64,000 nt of DNA from Polaromonas sp. GTDB taxonomy: Bacteria > Pseudomonadota > Gammaproteobacteria > Burkholderiales > Burkholderiaceae_C. Location of the stretch: assembly GCF_013817205.1 (NCBI RefSeq), contig NZ_JACDDD010000006.1, positions 14,282 through 78,281 on the forward strand, in the 5' to 3' direction. Shown here piece by piece: positions 1-9,726 of the stretch. The notes under the pieces are model-generated. The model saw only the letters and a program-made list of their open reading frames with translations. It did no database searches and was not told where the DNA came from. Position 1 is the first letter of the stretch, and every line of letters starts with the position of its first letter. The translations under genes and the position numbers were made by a program.

Positions 1-533
1 GCCTCATGCGCGATGGCCGAGACAGTCGGCATGTCCAGCACATCCAGCCCCGGGTTGCCGACGGTTTCGCCAAAAAACAGCTTGGTCTCGGGCCGGACCG
101 CCGCCCGCCAGCCGTCGATGTCGCCGGGTTTGACGAAGGTGGTCTCAATCCCGAAGCGCCGCATCGTGTAATGCAGCAGGTTCTGCGAGCCGCCGTAGAG
201 CGCAGTAGAGGCCACGATGTGGGACCCAGCGCCCATCAGCGTGGCAATCGACAAATGCAGCGCCGCCTGGCCGCTGGCGGTGGCGATGGACCCGATGCCG
301 CCTTCGAGTGCAGCCACCCGCTGCTCCAGCACCGCGTTGGTCGGGTTGCTGATGCGCGAGTAAACGTGACCCGCGCGCTCCAGGTTGAACAGGCTGGCCG
401 CATGGTCGCTGGACTCGAAAACAAAAGACGTGGTCAGGTGGATGGGCACGGCGCGTGCACCGGTGGCCGGGTCGGGCGCAGCGCCGGCGTGCAAAGCCAG
501 CGTGTCAAAGCCCGGGTCAGAGTAGCCAGACAT
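1..533 (-). CDS. metY: O-acetylhomoserine aminocarboxypropyltransferase / sulfhydrylase, 5' part (runs off window)
   Basis: Manual minus-strand translation MSGYSDPGFDTLALHAG...HVYSRISNPT...ATASGQAA...LYGGS...ETVGNP (Cys/Met metabolism PLP family); GGAG SD upstream. Absent from the ORF track because there is no stop in the window. Confidence 0.85.
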   Translation of the reverse strand, partial: MSGYSDPGFDTLALHAGAAPDPATGARAVPIHLTTSFVFESSDHAASLFNLERAGHVYSRISNPTNAVLEQRVAALEGGIGSIATASGQAALHLSIATLMGAGSHIVASTALYGGSQNLLHYTMRRFGIETTFVKPGDIDGWRAAVRPETKLFFGETVGNPGLDVLDMPTVSAIAHE

Positions 534-713
534 GGGGTCTCCAGTAGTCGTGGGTGGGAAGCTGCCCGCTCAAAAAGAGGAAGCGGCAAGCACCCTGAAA
601 CAAATCACGATGGCTTGCCCGGGCATTGTGGGCTATATTTGAACTGAATTGTCCCCGGGCGGCACCGGGGGGAAACCTGCAGACTGCAGAGAAAAACACC
701 AGAGGAGCGCCCC

Positions 714-1178
714 ATGAAAGTCCTTGATATCCTGCGCGTCAAAGGCAACACCCTGTACACCGTCAAGTCCGACGAACCGCTGGCCAAGGCTGCGGAGATC
801 ATGGCCGAGAAAGACATCGGCTCGCTGGTCGTGATGGACCACGGCGATCTGGTCGGCATGCTGACCTTCCGTGAAGTGATTCTGTGCATCGTCAAAAATG
901 GCGGAGAAATCGGCGCCACCCTGGTCCGTACCGCCATGGACGACGCGCCGCTGACCTGTACCCCCGAGACCGAAATCGACGAAGTCCGCCGCATGATGCT
1001 GGGCCGCCATGCGCGCTACATGCCGGTGCTCAACAAAAAGGTGCTCGAAGGCGTGATCTCGTTTTACGACGTGGCCAAGGCCGTGGTCGACGGCCAGAAC
1101 TTCGAGAACCGTATGCTCAAGGCCTATATCCGCGACTGGCCTTCTGAAGAAGACGAGACGCAAGATACCAAGCTCTGA
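714..1178 (+). CDS. CBS domain pair protein
   Basis: IGSLVVMD...GMLTFRE and RYMPVL...GVISFYD CBS motifs; GAGGAG SD. Confidence 0.9.
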   Translation: MKVLDILRVKGNTLYTVKSDEPLAKAAEIMAEKDIGSLVVMDHGDLVGMLTFREVILCIVKNGGEIGATLVRTAMDDAPLTCTPETEIDEVRRMMLGRHARYMPVLNKKVLEGVISFYDVAKAVVDGQNFENRMLKAYIRDWPSEEDETQDTKL

Positions 1179-1584
1179 AGCAGATTCGCCGTGCTGAATG
1201 CCCTGTTTGCCGGGTGGCGCGGAACCGGGTGATCGCTATCTTGAGTGTCTGTCCGGCTGCACGGCGGGACCCGGCAGACGATCAAAGTCGATGAAGTCGC
1301 CGCAAGGTTTTACCCCGCCGACCAGTATGCAACTGGTCTCCGTTTTGCGTGACTTGTTTCGGCGATGACAAGAACCCTGCAGAGAAACACGGCTCCAAAA
1401 GCCCTGAATCATTGGCGCTGCGGGGGCTCATATTGACGGGCCATCTCCCTCATGACCTTGGACCCCGTGAATGAATGGCCGATCGAAGGGAAAAACAGGG
1501 CCTTGATAGACAAATATCGCAGAGCAAGTAATATTTGGTGCATATATTGCGTGCAGCTCAGAGTTGGTACTACGGGGAGAAAAA

Positions 1585-3282
1585 ATGCCTGCTGATGGAT
1601 CCGGCAACACCTCGCCAAGACACGTCCTGGTCGTCGAGAACATCCTGGCGCAGGCCCAGATGTTGTGCCACATCCTCGAGGAGGAGGGCTACCGGGTCAG
1701 CATCGCCGACAACGGGAGATCCGCACTGGAAATGACCACCAGCCTGCTGCCTGCTCTGGTCGTCAGCGGGGTAAAAATTCCCGAAATGAGCGGCTACGAA
1801 CTGTGTCGCCAGATCAAGGTCGACCCGGCGCTGCGCCAGATTCCGGTAATCCTCGTGACCAGTCTGGTGGACCCCAATGAGGTGCTGCTGGGTCTGCAGT
1901 GTGGGGCCGACAGCTTCGTCATCAAACCCTATGAAAGAAGCCACATGCTGGCGCGGGTGGAGCACGCGCTGAGCACCCGTGACATCGACCAGGCGCCGGA
2001 GGCGAGCGCACCGGCGGAAATCTTCTTCCATGGTGAGCGCCACCACATCACCGCCAGCCGCACCCAGATCCTCAATCTGCTGATGTCCACCTACGACGCG
2101 GCCATGCAACGCAACGATGAATTGACCGAAAGCCGGGAGCTGCTCAGGGAGCGCACGGCGGAAGTGCTGAAGTCCAACCGCTTCCTGGACTCCATGATCG
2201 AGCACATTCCTGCGGCCGTTTACATCAAAGACGCGACCCACTTCAGGTACGTGCGTGTCAATCGCGCCGAAGAAGACATGGTGGGCAGGCCGCGTGAGGA
2301 AATAATTGGCAAATGCGTGCACGACATTTTTTCGAAAGAAGAAGCCGACAACTTTGCCGCGCAGGACCGGCGGGTTCTGGCAAGCGGCCTTCTCGAAGAC
2401 ATCCCGGAAGACCGGCTTTTGTCGGGGGCCAATGGTCCGCGCTTGCTGCACACCTGCAAGGTGCCGGTTTTTGGCGACGGCGCAGAGCCCACGCACGTGT
2501 TGGGCATCTCAGAAGACATTACCGTCAGGAGAGACCTTGAAAAAATGGTTGCCACGCTGCATGCCGCGCTGAAAATCCGCGTCGATGACCTGGAAACCAC
2601 CAACAAAAGCCTGGAGAGTTTTACCTCGGCGGCCTCACACGATCTGCGCTCACCGCTCAGCGTTATTGCCGGCTATGCCGGTCTGCTGGAGAAAAATTAC
2701 GCTGATCGACTGGATGAAAAAGGCTTGCACTACCTGTCTGTCATCCGTGCCCGAGTGACAAGCATGACCGGGCTGATCGAGGACCTGCTGACGTTTTCAC
2801 GGCTGACCCTGCAGGAGGTCGCCAAAACCCGGGTCGACATGAACGCACTGGTCGCGCAGGTGGCCGCCGAGATGCCCGGCTCAGGCCCGGACACCCCGCA
2901 GCCTGCCATCGCGCTCGGCCCCTTGCCGGATGCGCAAGCTGACCCGGCGCTGCTGCGTCAGGTATGGATCAACCTGCTCTCGAACGCGTTCAAGTACAGC
3001 AGTCGGGTCGCCAGCCCGCTGATCGAGATCAGCGGCCGCGTGGAAGATGCAGAAGCGATTTATTCGGTCCGCGACAACGGCGCCGGCTTCGACATGGCTT
3101 ACTACGACAAGCTCTTTGAGGTGTTCGAGCGACTGCACGGCGACGAGGAGTTTGCAGGCACGGGCGTCGGCCTGGCCACGGTGCGCCGCGTGATCATGCG
3201 GCATGGCGGGCGTCTCTGGGCGGAGGGCAAGGTGGGTGAGGGCGCGGTGTTTCACTTTGCGTTGCCGCTGCAGGGCGGTTGA
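1585..3282 (+). CDS. Hybrid sensor histidine kinase REC(degenerate)-PAS-HisKA-HATPase
   Basis: H-box SHDLRSPL, N-box NLLSNAFKY, G1 DNGAGFD, G2 GTGVGL; PAS AVYIKD...VNRAEE; N-terminal receiver fold; ATG 1585 after GGAG. Confidence 0.9.
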   Translation: MPADGSGNTSPRHVLVVENILAQAQMLCHILEEEGYRVSIADNGRSALEMTTSLLPALVVSGVKIPEMSGYELCRQIKVDPALRQIPVILVTSLVDPNEVLLGLQCGADSFVIKPYERSHMLARVEHALSTRDIDQAPEASAPAEIFFHGERHHITASRTQILNLLMSTYDAAMQRNDELTESRELLRERTAEVLKSNRFLDSMIEHIPAAVYIKDATHFRYVRVNRAEEDMVGRPREEIIGKCVHDIFSKEEADNFAAQDRRVLASGLLEDIPEDRLLSGANGPRLLHTCKVPVFGDGAEPTHVLGISEDITVRRDLEKMVATLHAALKIRVDDLETTNKSLESFTSAASHDLRSPLSVIAGYAGLLEKNYADRLDEKGLHYLSVIRARVTSMTGLIEDLLTFSRLTLQEVAKTRVDMNALVAQVAAEMPGSGPDTPQPAIALGPLPDAQADPALLRQVWINLLSNAFKYSSRVASPLIEISGRVEDAEAIYSVRDNGAGFDMAYYDKLFEVFERLHGDEEFAGTGVGLATVRRVIMRHGGRLWAEGKVGEGAVFHFALPLQGG

Positions 3283-3373
3283 CTGTGGGAGCCCGATCCT
3301 GCGATAGGGGAAGCATCCCGTCCCGGCCCGCGGCCGCGTTTCCACTCTGAAACCATCTGGGATAATCTCCCCC

Positions 3374-4468
3374 ATGAGCGGCAACACCTTCGGCACCTTA
3401 TTCGCAGTCACTAACTTCGGTGAATCCCACGGCCCGGCCATTGGCTGTGTGATTGACGGCTGCCCGCCGGGCATGGCCCTGAACGAAGCGGACATTCAGG
3501 TCGAGCTGGACCGGCGCCGTCCTGGCACCAGCAAGTTCGTCACGCAGCGCAACGAGCCGGATGCGGTGGAGATCCTGTCGGGCGTGTATGAGGGCAAAAC
3601 CACCGGCACGCCGATCTGCCTGCTGATCAAAAACACCGACCAGCGCAGCAAGGACTATGGTGACATCCTCAACACCTTCCGGCCCGGCCATGCCGACTAC
3701 AGCTATTTGCAGAAGTACGGCATCCGCGACCCGCGTGGTGGCGGACGTTCTTCGGCGCGGCTGACGGCGCCCACCGTGGCGGCCGGTGCAGTAGCGCGCA
3801 AGTGGCTCAAGGAAAAATATGGCACAACGTTTCGCGGCTGCATGACGCAAGTCGGAGACCTGCCGATTGCTTTCGAATCCTGGGAGCATGTTCCGAACAA
3901 TCCCTTCTTCGCCCCGGTGGCCAATGTCTCAAAGCTCGAAGCCTACATGGATGAGCTGCGCAAGGGCGGCGACTCCTGCGGCGCGCGCATCCGCGTGACG
4001 GCGAGTGGCATGCCGGTGGGTTTGGGCGAGCCGCTGTTCGACAAGCTGGACGCCGACATCGCCTTTGTCATGATGGGTCTGAACGCGGTCAAGGGTGTGG
4101 AAATCGGCGCCGGGTTTGCGAGTGTCACGCAACGCGGCAGCACGCATGGCGATGCGCTGTCGCCCGAAGGCTTCAAGTCGAACAACGCTGGCGGTGTGCT
4201 GGGCGGCATCAGCACCGGGCAGGACCTGGAAGTCTCCATCGCCATCAAGCCGACCAGCTCCATCCTGACGCCGCGCGAATCGATCGACATGGCCGGCCAG
4301 CCGACGTCCGTGATCACCAAGGGCCGGCACGACCCCTGCGTCGGCATACGCGCGACGCCGATTGCCGAAGCCCTGTTGGCGCTGGTAGTGATGGACCACG
4401 CCCTGCGGCACCGCGCGCAGTGCGGCGATGTGGTGTCACCGATGCGGGCCATCAACGGCGCAGCCTAA
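3374..4468 (+). CDS. aroC: Chorismate synthase
   Basis: [29 protein letters not shown] signatures. Confidence 0.97.
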   Translation: MSGNTFGTLFAVTNFGESHGPAIGCVIDGCPPGMALNEADIQVELDRRRPGTSKFVTQRNEPDAVEILSGVYEGKTTGTPICLLIKNTDQRSKDYGDILNTFRPGHADYSYLQKYGIRDPRGGGRSSARLTAPTVAAGAVARKWLKEKYGTTFRGCMTQVGDLPIAFESWEHVPNNPFFAPVANVSKLEAYMDELRKGGDSCGARIRVTASGMPVGLGEPLFDKLDADIAFVMMGLNAVKGVEIGAGFASVTQRGSTHGDALSPEGFKSNNAGGVLGGISTGQDLEVSIAIKPTSSILTPRESIDMAGQPTSVITKGRHDPCVGIRATPIAEALLALVVMDHALRHRAQCGDVVSPMRAINGAA

Positions 4469-4481
4469 GCCGGCGCTGACC

Positions 4482-5687
4482 ATGCCCGAAGCCGCCACAC
4501 GGCGCCGCCAGCTGGTGCCGTTTGCGGCGCTGTCGGCCAGCTACTTCGCCCACATCGGGTTTTTCAATCCCTACCTGCCGCTGTGGCTCAAGGAGCTGGG
4601 CTTCAGCATCCTGGCGATCAGCCTGCTGACCTCGGTGCAGGCAGCGACACGGCTGTTTGCGCCCTATGGTTGGGGTGCGCTCAGTGACCACACCGGAGAG
4701 CGTGTCAAGCTGCTGCGTTACGGCGCGACCGTGGCGTTGATCAGCTCCTGTGGCCTGTGGCTGGACTTCGATTCACGCTTCGGCATCTGGTGGCTGACGG
4801 CGGTGCTGCTGGTGATGTTTACCCACACCAGCGCCATGATGCCCATGAGTGAGGCGGCCATGGCGCACCTGATCAGCCAGGGCGGCGCCTTCGATGCGCG
4901 GCGCTATGGGCGGGTGCGTCTCTGGGGTTCGCTGGGTTTTCTGGTGACGGTGTTTGCGGCGGGCGCCTGGTTCGAGTGGTTCGGCATGAGGCACTTCCCG
5001 GCCTGGACATTTCTGTCGCTGCTGGCGGTGACGGTCAGCGTCTGGTGTCTGCCCAATCTGAAAGAGGCCGTCAACCCGCATGAAGAGAAAGTGCCGGTGC
5101 TGCCGATATTGCGCCTGCGCCCAGTGCAATGGTTTTTTGCGGCGGCGTTTTTCCATGTGCTGGCGCATATCGGCATCTATGTGTTTTTCTCGCTGTACCT
5201 CGACAGCATTGGCTACAGCAAGGCCATGATCGGCATCTTGTGGGCGGTTTCGGTGGTGGTCGAGATAGGCTGGTTCTACACCCAGGGCCGCTGGCTGCCC
5301 AAATTCAGCCTGACCGGCTGGCTGGTGATCTGCGCTGCCGCCACGACCTTGCGCATGGGGCTGACCGCCACCTATGCCGGCGTGCTGGCGGTGCTGGTGT
5401 TTGCGCAGATGCTGCATGCGCTGACCTTTGCGACCCACCACACGGTGTGCATCGCCTTGCTGTCGCACCATTTCCCCGGGCGTCTGCGCGGCCGGGGGCA
5501 GGCGCTCTACGTGGTGGTGGCTTATGGCATGCCGGGCGTGCTGGGCGGACTCGCGGGTGGGCTGTTGAGTTCGGCTTTTGGCCTGGTCAGCGTGTACTGG
5601 GCCTGCACCGTGGTCAGCCTGATGGCCACGGCTTGCGCCTTTGTGGCTTGGCGGCTGCAGCGCAGTCTCGAAGCTGCCGCTTCCTAA
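4482..5687 (+). CDS. MFS transporter (HcaT/MFS_1-like)
   Basis: About 12 hydrophobic segments, YGRVRLWGSLGF motif; start taken at ATG 4482 after the aroC stop. Confidence 0.85.
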   Translation: MPEAATRRRQLVPFAALSASYFAHIGFFNPYLPLWLKELGFSILAISLLTSVQAATRLFAPYGWGALSDHTGERVKLLRYGATVALISSCGLWLDFDSRFGIWWLTAVLLVMFTHTSAMMPMSEAAMAHLISQGGAFDARRYGRVRLWGSLGFLVTVFAAGAWFEWFGMRHFPAWTFLSLLAVTVSVWCLPNLKEAVNPHEEKVPVLPILRLRPVQWFFAAAFFHVLAHIGIYVFFSLYLDSIGYSKAMIGILWAVSVVVEIGWFYTQGRWLPKFSLTGWLVICAAATTLRMGLTATYAGVLAVLVFAQMLHALTFATHHTVCIALLSHHFPGRLRGRGQALYVVVAYGMPGVLGGLAGGLLSSAFGLVSVYWACTVVSLMATACAFVAWRLQRSLEAAAS

Positions 5688-5708
5688 AAAATCAAAAGTT
5701 TTTAAGCC

Positions 5709-5762
5709 TTTTAGGCGTGCAGCCCTTTATTGACGGGCACCAGCAGCTACAGAAATAATAGC
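5709..5762 (+). repeat. 54-bp dispersed repeat, family A, copy 1
   Basis: TTTTAGGC-GTGCA-GCCC-N9-GGGC-N7-GCTA-N9-TAGC. Confidence 0.85.
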
Positions 5763-5784
5763 GAATCGCTCGCGGGCGTGGTGC

Positions 5785-6780
5785 TTAATCGAGCTTGATC
5801 GCCTTTTTTGCAATCAACTCGCCATAGATGGCCGTGTCACTTTTCATTCTCTGCGCCAGTGCGGCAGGGGAGTTGTCTTCAGCTTTCCAGCCCAGAAGAA
5901 AAAGCTTTTGCCGCATCTCACGCGAGCCGAGAATTTTGCCGAGTTCGCTGCTCAGGCGCGCCCGATGAGCCGCCGGCATGCCGGAAGGAGCCATGACCGC
6001 GTTCCAGACTTCGATGTTGGTGGTTTTTGCACCGATCTCCTGCATCGAGGGCAGATCAGGCGCCAGCGGGCTGCGCCTGGCCGAAGTCACCGCCACCGCG
6101 GCGAGCTTGCCTGCTTGTACCAGCGGCATGACGGTTGATCCCGGCAGCAGCGTCATGTGCACTTGTCCGCCCATCATGGCATTGAGGATGGGCGGGCCGC
6201 CACTGAAGGGCACATGCAGGGGCTGGAGTCCCAGCTCTTCCTTGACCAGTTCCATCGCCAGGTGGCCGCCCGAGCCGGCACCGATGGAGCCGTAGGCGAG
6301 CTTGTCGCCGCTGGCGCGGGCCTGCTTGATGAAGTCCGCCGCTGAACCCGTGACCATCGCTTTGGGAGCGACCCAGACCAGCGGGGCCGCGCCTATGAGG
6401 GCGATGGGCGCCAGGTCTTTCAGCGGGTCGTAGGGTAGCTTGGCATAGAGAAATTTGGCGCTGGTCAGCGGGCCGTTGCCGATGACGCCGATGGTGTGGC
6501 CGTCTTCAGCCTTGGCCGTGAGATCGGCGCCGATGTTGCCGCCTGCACCGGGCTTGTTTTCCACAATGACGGACTGCCCCAAGGCTTTGGACAGCGGCTC
6601 GGCCAGCAGGCGCGCCTGCACGTCGGGTGACGAGCCGGCCGGGTAGCCCACGACGATACGCACCGACTTGCTGGGCCACGCAGCAGGTGCTTGCGCAATG
6701 GCTGCCAGTGGCAGCAGCGCAAGGCTCATCAGGGTCAGTCCGGTGCGGGTGATGAAGGCAGGTTTTACGCGGTTGGTCAT
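5785..6780 (-). CDS. Bug/TctC tripartite tricarboxylate transporter substrate-binding protein
   Basis: WPSKSVRIVVGYPAGSSPD, VENKPGAGG, YGSIGAGSGGHL, HVPFSGG. Confidence 0.92.
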   Translation of the reverse strand: MTNRVKPAFITRTGLTLMSLALLPLAAIAQAPAAWPSKSVRIVVGYPAGSSPDVQARLLAEPLSKALGQSVIVENKPGAGGNIGADLTAKAEDGHTIGVIGNGPLTSAKFLYAKLPYDPLKDLAPIALIGAAPLVWVAPKAMVTGSAADFIKQARASGDKLAYGSIGAGSGGHLAMELVKEELGLQPLHVPFSGGPPILNAMMGGQVHMTLLPGSTVMPLVQAGKLAAVAVTSARRSPLAPDLPSMQEIGAKTTNIEVWNAVMAPSGMPAAHRARLSSELGKILGSREMRQKLFLLGWKAEDNSPAALAQRMKSDTAIYGELIAKKAIKLD

Positions 6781-7541
6781 GGTTTGTCTCCTGGTGTTTT
6801 GAATGATTGAAACAGATGCGGGCGTGCCGGTTGGCGCGTGCTCAGGGGGCTGGCCAGCTCGTCCTGTCGGACCTGGCTTTGCAGCTCGAAAAAGGCGGGT
6901 ACCGACACCGGCGCGGCGACGTGCGCAAGCGTTTGCAGCAGCTCGTGTGTGCGGGCCTGCAGGGCGCCACGTTCCAGGCCCTGCAGCATCACGACGAAGT
7001 CTGTGCCGGGGCTGGTGGCCGCGGCTGCATCCGCACGGTTGGCAATCGGAAAACCATCAGAAGCCTCGACAGTTCCCCATTGAGCGCAGACAATGTGGCC
7101 CCGATTCACCAGGCCCTCCAGCACAGAAGCAGCCTGCGCGGAGAAGCGTGCGGAATCGCTGCGCAGATGCACGGTGGCCAGCTGAGTTGCGGTCGATTGG
7201 CCGCAGCTGCCTGACAGCGTGCAAGGCAGCCGCACAAAGTCGCGCAGCTCGGTGCGCATGCGGGCCGACCAGGGCGTGGGGTGGGTGAACACCTCACGGT
7301 ACTGCGCGCTGGCCAGGGCCGCGGTGGACGCCAGCCAGTAGCAGGTGAAGTAGCGGGGCGCTTGCCCCGGTGGTCCGTCAGCATCATGCGAGCGGTAGCG
7401 CCGCGCTTCGATGAAGCCCGGCAGGCCCACGCGCTCGGGTACGTGCTCCAGCGTGTGCCAGGCGTCGTACTCCGGCAGCAACTGCTTGCTGCTGATGCTG
7501 TTCCACAAAGCCAGAAAGGCCTGTGCGCCGGGGTGTGTCAT
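6777..7541 (-). CDS. Hypothetical protein, EthD/DUF4286-like alpha-beta barrel
   Basis: YDAWHTLEHVPERVGLPGF...RRY motif; overlaps both neighbours by 4 nt. Confidence 0.65.
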   Translation of the reverse strand: MTHPGAQAFLALWNSISSKQLLPEYDAWHTLEHVPERVGLPGFIEARRYRSHDADGPPGQAPRYFTCYWLASTAALASAQYREVFTHPTPWSARMRTELRDFVRLPCTLSGSCGQSTATQLATVHLRSDSARFSAQAASVLEGLVNRGHIVCAQWGTVEASDGFPIANRADAAAATSPGTDFVVMLQGLERGALQARTHELLQTLAHVAAPVSVPAFFELQSQVRQDELASPLSTRQPARPHLFQSFKTPGDKP

Positions 7542-8590
7542 GCAGCGCCTTCAGGCTCGGGCTGCACCAGAACCTTGGTGGCGACCTTGCTGCGTGCCAG
7601 CGCAAAGCCTTCGTACGCCTGTGCCAGCGGCAGGCGGTGCGTGATCATGTGGCGCAGGGTTTCCTGGTGGTGGCGCATGAATTCCACCACCTCGGACCAG
7701 GCCTGTTCCGGCGCGCGGTAGGAGCCGCGGATTTGCTGGTGCTGGCGAACCAGCGCCGTCAGGTCAATCGGCACCGGCGCCGCGTGGATGCCGGTGATGA
7801 CCAGAACGCCGTGGGTTTTGAGAGCCCGCAGCGCGGGGCCGATCACGGCGGCAGCGCCGGTGGCTTCGATCACCACATCAAACTTGCCTTCCTCCAGATA
7901 AGGCGCCAGACCTTGTTCCATGCCCAGACCCGCAAAATCAACCAGGGTGTTGAAGCCCATTTTTTTCAGCACGGTCAGCCGTGCGGTATCGCCATGGCCG
8001 GCCACCACCACCTCGCGCGCACCGGCAGCGCGCGCGAACAGGGCAATACCCTGGCCGATGTTGCCGGGGCCGAGCACTAGCACGCGATCGCCCGCCCGAA
8101 CACCGCCGGTGCGCACGGCTTCGTGGCTCACGGTCAGCGGCTCGGTGAGGGCGGCCACTTCAGCGTCCACGCCCGCGGGTATGGGCACGCAGTTGCGCGC
8201 CGGCACGTTTACCCAGGAAGCAAAGCCGCCGTCGCGCGTGACGCCGATGCCGCGCCGCGTGACGCAGGCGTCGGGCTGGCCCGCCAGGCAGGCTTCGCAA
8301 CTGCCGCACACCACCGAGGGCCGTACCGCCACCAGCTGCTGCAGCGCCAAGCCGTCAACCCCTTCGCCCAGGGCGGCAACCTCGCCGCTGAACTCGTGGC
8401 CCACGGTGACCGGCAGCGCGGCCGCTACAAAGTGGTAGCTGGTTGTCCATTCATCAATGTGAAGGTCGGTGCCGCAGACGCCGGCGGACCGAACCTTCAG
8501 CAGAACCTCGCCCGGGCCGGGCGGCGGCGGGCGCGCAATATCCTGGAGCTGCAGGCCGGGGCCTGGTTGAAGTTTGCGAAGGGATTGCAT
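7538..8590 (-). CDS. Zinc-dependent (MDR) dehydrogenase, sorbitol/threonine dehydrogenase-like
   Basis: CGTDLH, GHE, CGSCEAC...C, TEP, GPGNIG. Confidence 0.9.
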   Translation of the reverse strand: MQSLRKLQPGPGLQLQDIARPPPPGPGEVLLKVRSAGVCGTDLHIDEWTTSYHFVAAALPVTVGHEFSGEVAALGEGVDGLALQQLVAVRPSVVCGSCEACLAGQPDACVTRRGIGVTRDGGFASWVNVPARNCVPIPAGVDAEVAALTEPLTVSHEAVRTGGVRAGDRVLVLGPGNIGQGIALFARAAGAREVVVAGHGDTARLTVLKKMGFNTLVDFAGLGMEQGLAPYLEEGKFDVVIEATGAAAVIGPALRALKTHGVLVITGIHAAPVPIDLTALVRQHQQIRGSYRAPEQAWSEVVEFMRHHQETLRHMITHRLPLAQAYEGFALARSKVATKVLVQPEPEGAA

Positions 8591-8660
8591 CAGGGGTCAC
8601 GCCGGTGGAGAAGATGACCGAGTGTCGAATGCTGTGACTCATACGTCAAAGACCGAGTTT

Positions 8661-8686
8661 GTATTTGAAGCATACTTGAAAACTAT
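8661..8686. promoter_or_regulatory. Putative LysR-type boxes
   Basis: GTAT-N7-ATAC-N7-CTAT between the divergent dehydrogenase and LysR genes. Confidence 0.45.
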
Positions 8687-8712
8687 GGCAACCAGGTCAA
8701 GGAGGGCGAGTC

Positions 8713-9651
8713 ATGGAACTGCGGCATTTGCGTTATTTCGTCGGCGTGGCCGAACAGGGCAGCGTCAGCCGTGCTGCTGAAAAACTGTTCATCGCGCAGC
8801 CTGCACTGTCGGCGCAGATCCGCCAGCTGGAAGAGGAACTGGGCGTCAGCCTGTTTGTGCGCTTGCCTCGGGGTGTGCGGCTCACGCAGGCGGGCGAGTC
8901 TTTTCTGGCCGACGCGAAGGCGATTCTGTCGCGTGCCCAGCAAGCTACGGTTCGGGCGCGCGAGCGGCAGTCAGGCCAGCGGGCCACCCTTCGCCTGGGG
9001 CTGGTTCCTTCCACGACGCATTCCGTGCTGCCGGGACTGCTGCAGCGGGTGCGCGACTCAGGTCTGGCCGCCAACATCGAAGCGCGCGAGATGATCACTT
9101 CGCGGCAACTGCTGGCCCTGCACAATGACGAAATCGACCTCGGTTTTGCCCGCCCCGGCGAAGGCAACACGCCGGCGGAAACGGTGGCCGCCATCGACGA
9201 CCCCTATTGCCTGGTCGTGCCCGAGGGCAACGCCTTGGGCGCAAGCCGCGGGCCGCTCGCGCTGAAGCTGGCCGCTCATGAACACTTCGTGAGTTTTTCG
9301 CGTTACCAGGAGGCCGACTACTTTGACCGCACCGCCGCCCTGTGCCTGGAAGCCGGGTTCACGCCCGACATTCGCCACGAAGCGGGCCAGTTCGTCAATG
9401 TCATGGCGCTGGTGGCTTGCGGCCTGGGCGTGGCGATTGTGCCGGCATCGTTTGCCACGCTGCCGTTTGGCCGCGTGGTGTTTCGACGTCTTGAAGCCTC
9501 ACGCTATAAAAGCCAGCTGGTTATTTTGCGGGCGCAGCGTCAAAGCCAGGACGACTGGTCGTCGGAGATGACGCGTTTGGCGGTGGCGGAGCTCAACAGC
9601 CTGGCACAACGACTTGTAGCGGGTCTGGAGCCGAGTTTTACAGTAATTTAG
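8713..9651 (+). CDS. LysR family transcriptional regulator
   Basis: MELRHLRYF...AAEKLFIAQPALSAQIRQLE; GLGVAIVP. Confidence 0.95.
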   Translation: MELRHLRYFVGVAEQGSVSRAAEKLFIAQPALSAQIRQLEEELGVSLFVRLPRGVRLTQAGESFLADAKAILSRAQQATVRARERQSGQRATLRLGLVPSTTHSVLPGLLQRVRDSGLAANIEAREMITSRQLLALHNDEIDLGFARPGEGNTPAETVAAIDDPYCLVVPEGNALGASRGPLALKLAAHEHFVSFSRYQEADYFDRTAALCLEAGFTPDIRHEAGQFVNVMALVACGLGVAIVPASFATLPFGRVVFRRLEASRYKSQLVILRAQRQSQDDWSSEMTRLAVAELNSLAQRLVAGLEPSFTVI

Positions 9652-9699
9652 GCTCGTGGCCCTTATGGGACGGTCGAGAGCAGCTACTGATTTTATAGC
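9647..9699 (+). repeat. Family A repeat, copy 2 (contains the LysR stop codon)
   Basis: TTTAGGC-TCGTG-GCCC-N9-GGTC-N7-GCTA-N9-TAGC. Confidence 0.8.
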
Positions 9700-9726
9700 G
9701 AATGACTGCCCCGGAATAGCCCGCAT

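Noticed and set aside
570-625. Canonical SAM-II riboswitch before metY
   Set aside because: GTGATTTG and GCTTGC present but no P1 helix or GCTAAA strand
6-647. 213-aa plus-strand ORF and the many long overlapping ORFs in the track (e.g. 12989-14503, 15227-16228, 17346-18545, 31653-32882, 34102-35436)
   Set aside because: Antisense or alternate-frame shadows of recognisable genes in GC-rich DNA; no motifs of their own
1245-1352. 35-codon ORF MSVRLHGGTRQTIKVDEV...
   Set aside because: No SD and no recognisable family; remnant or chance
5709-5762. Family A repeats as integron attC sites or CRISPR repeats
   Set aside because: Dispersed, not arrayed; no GTTRRRY/RYYYAAC ends; no intI or cas genes
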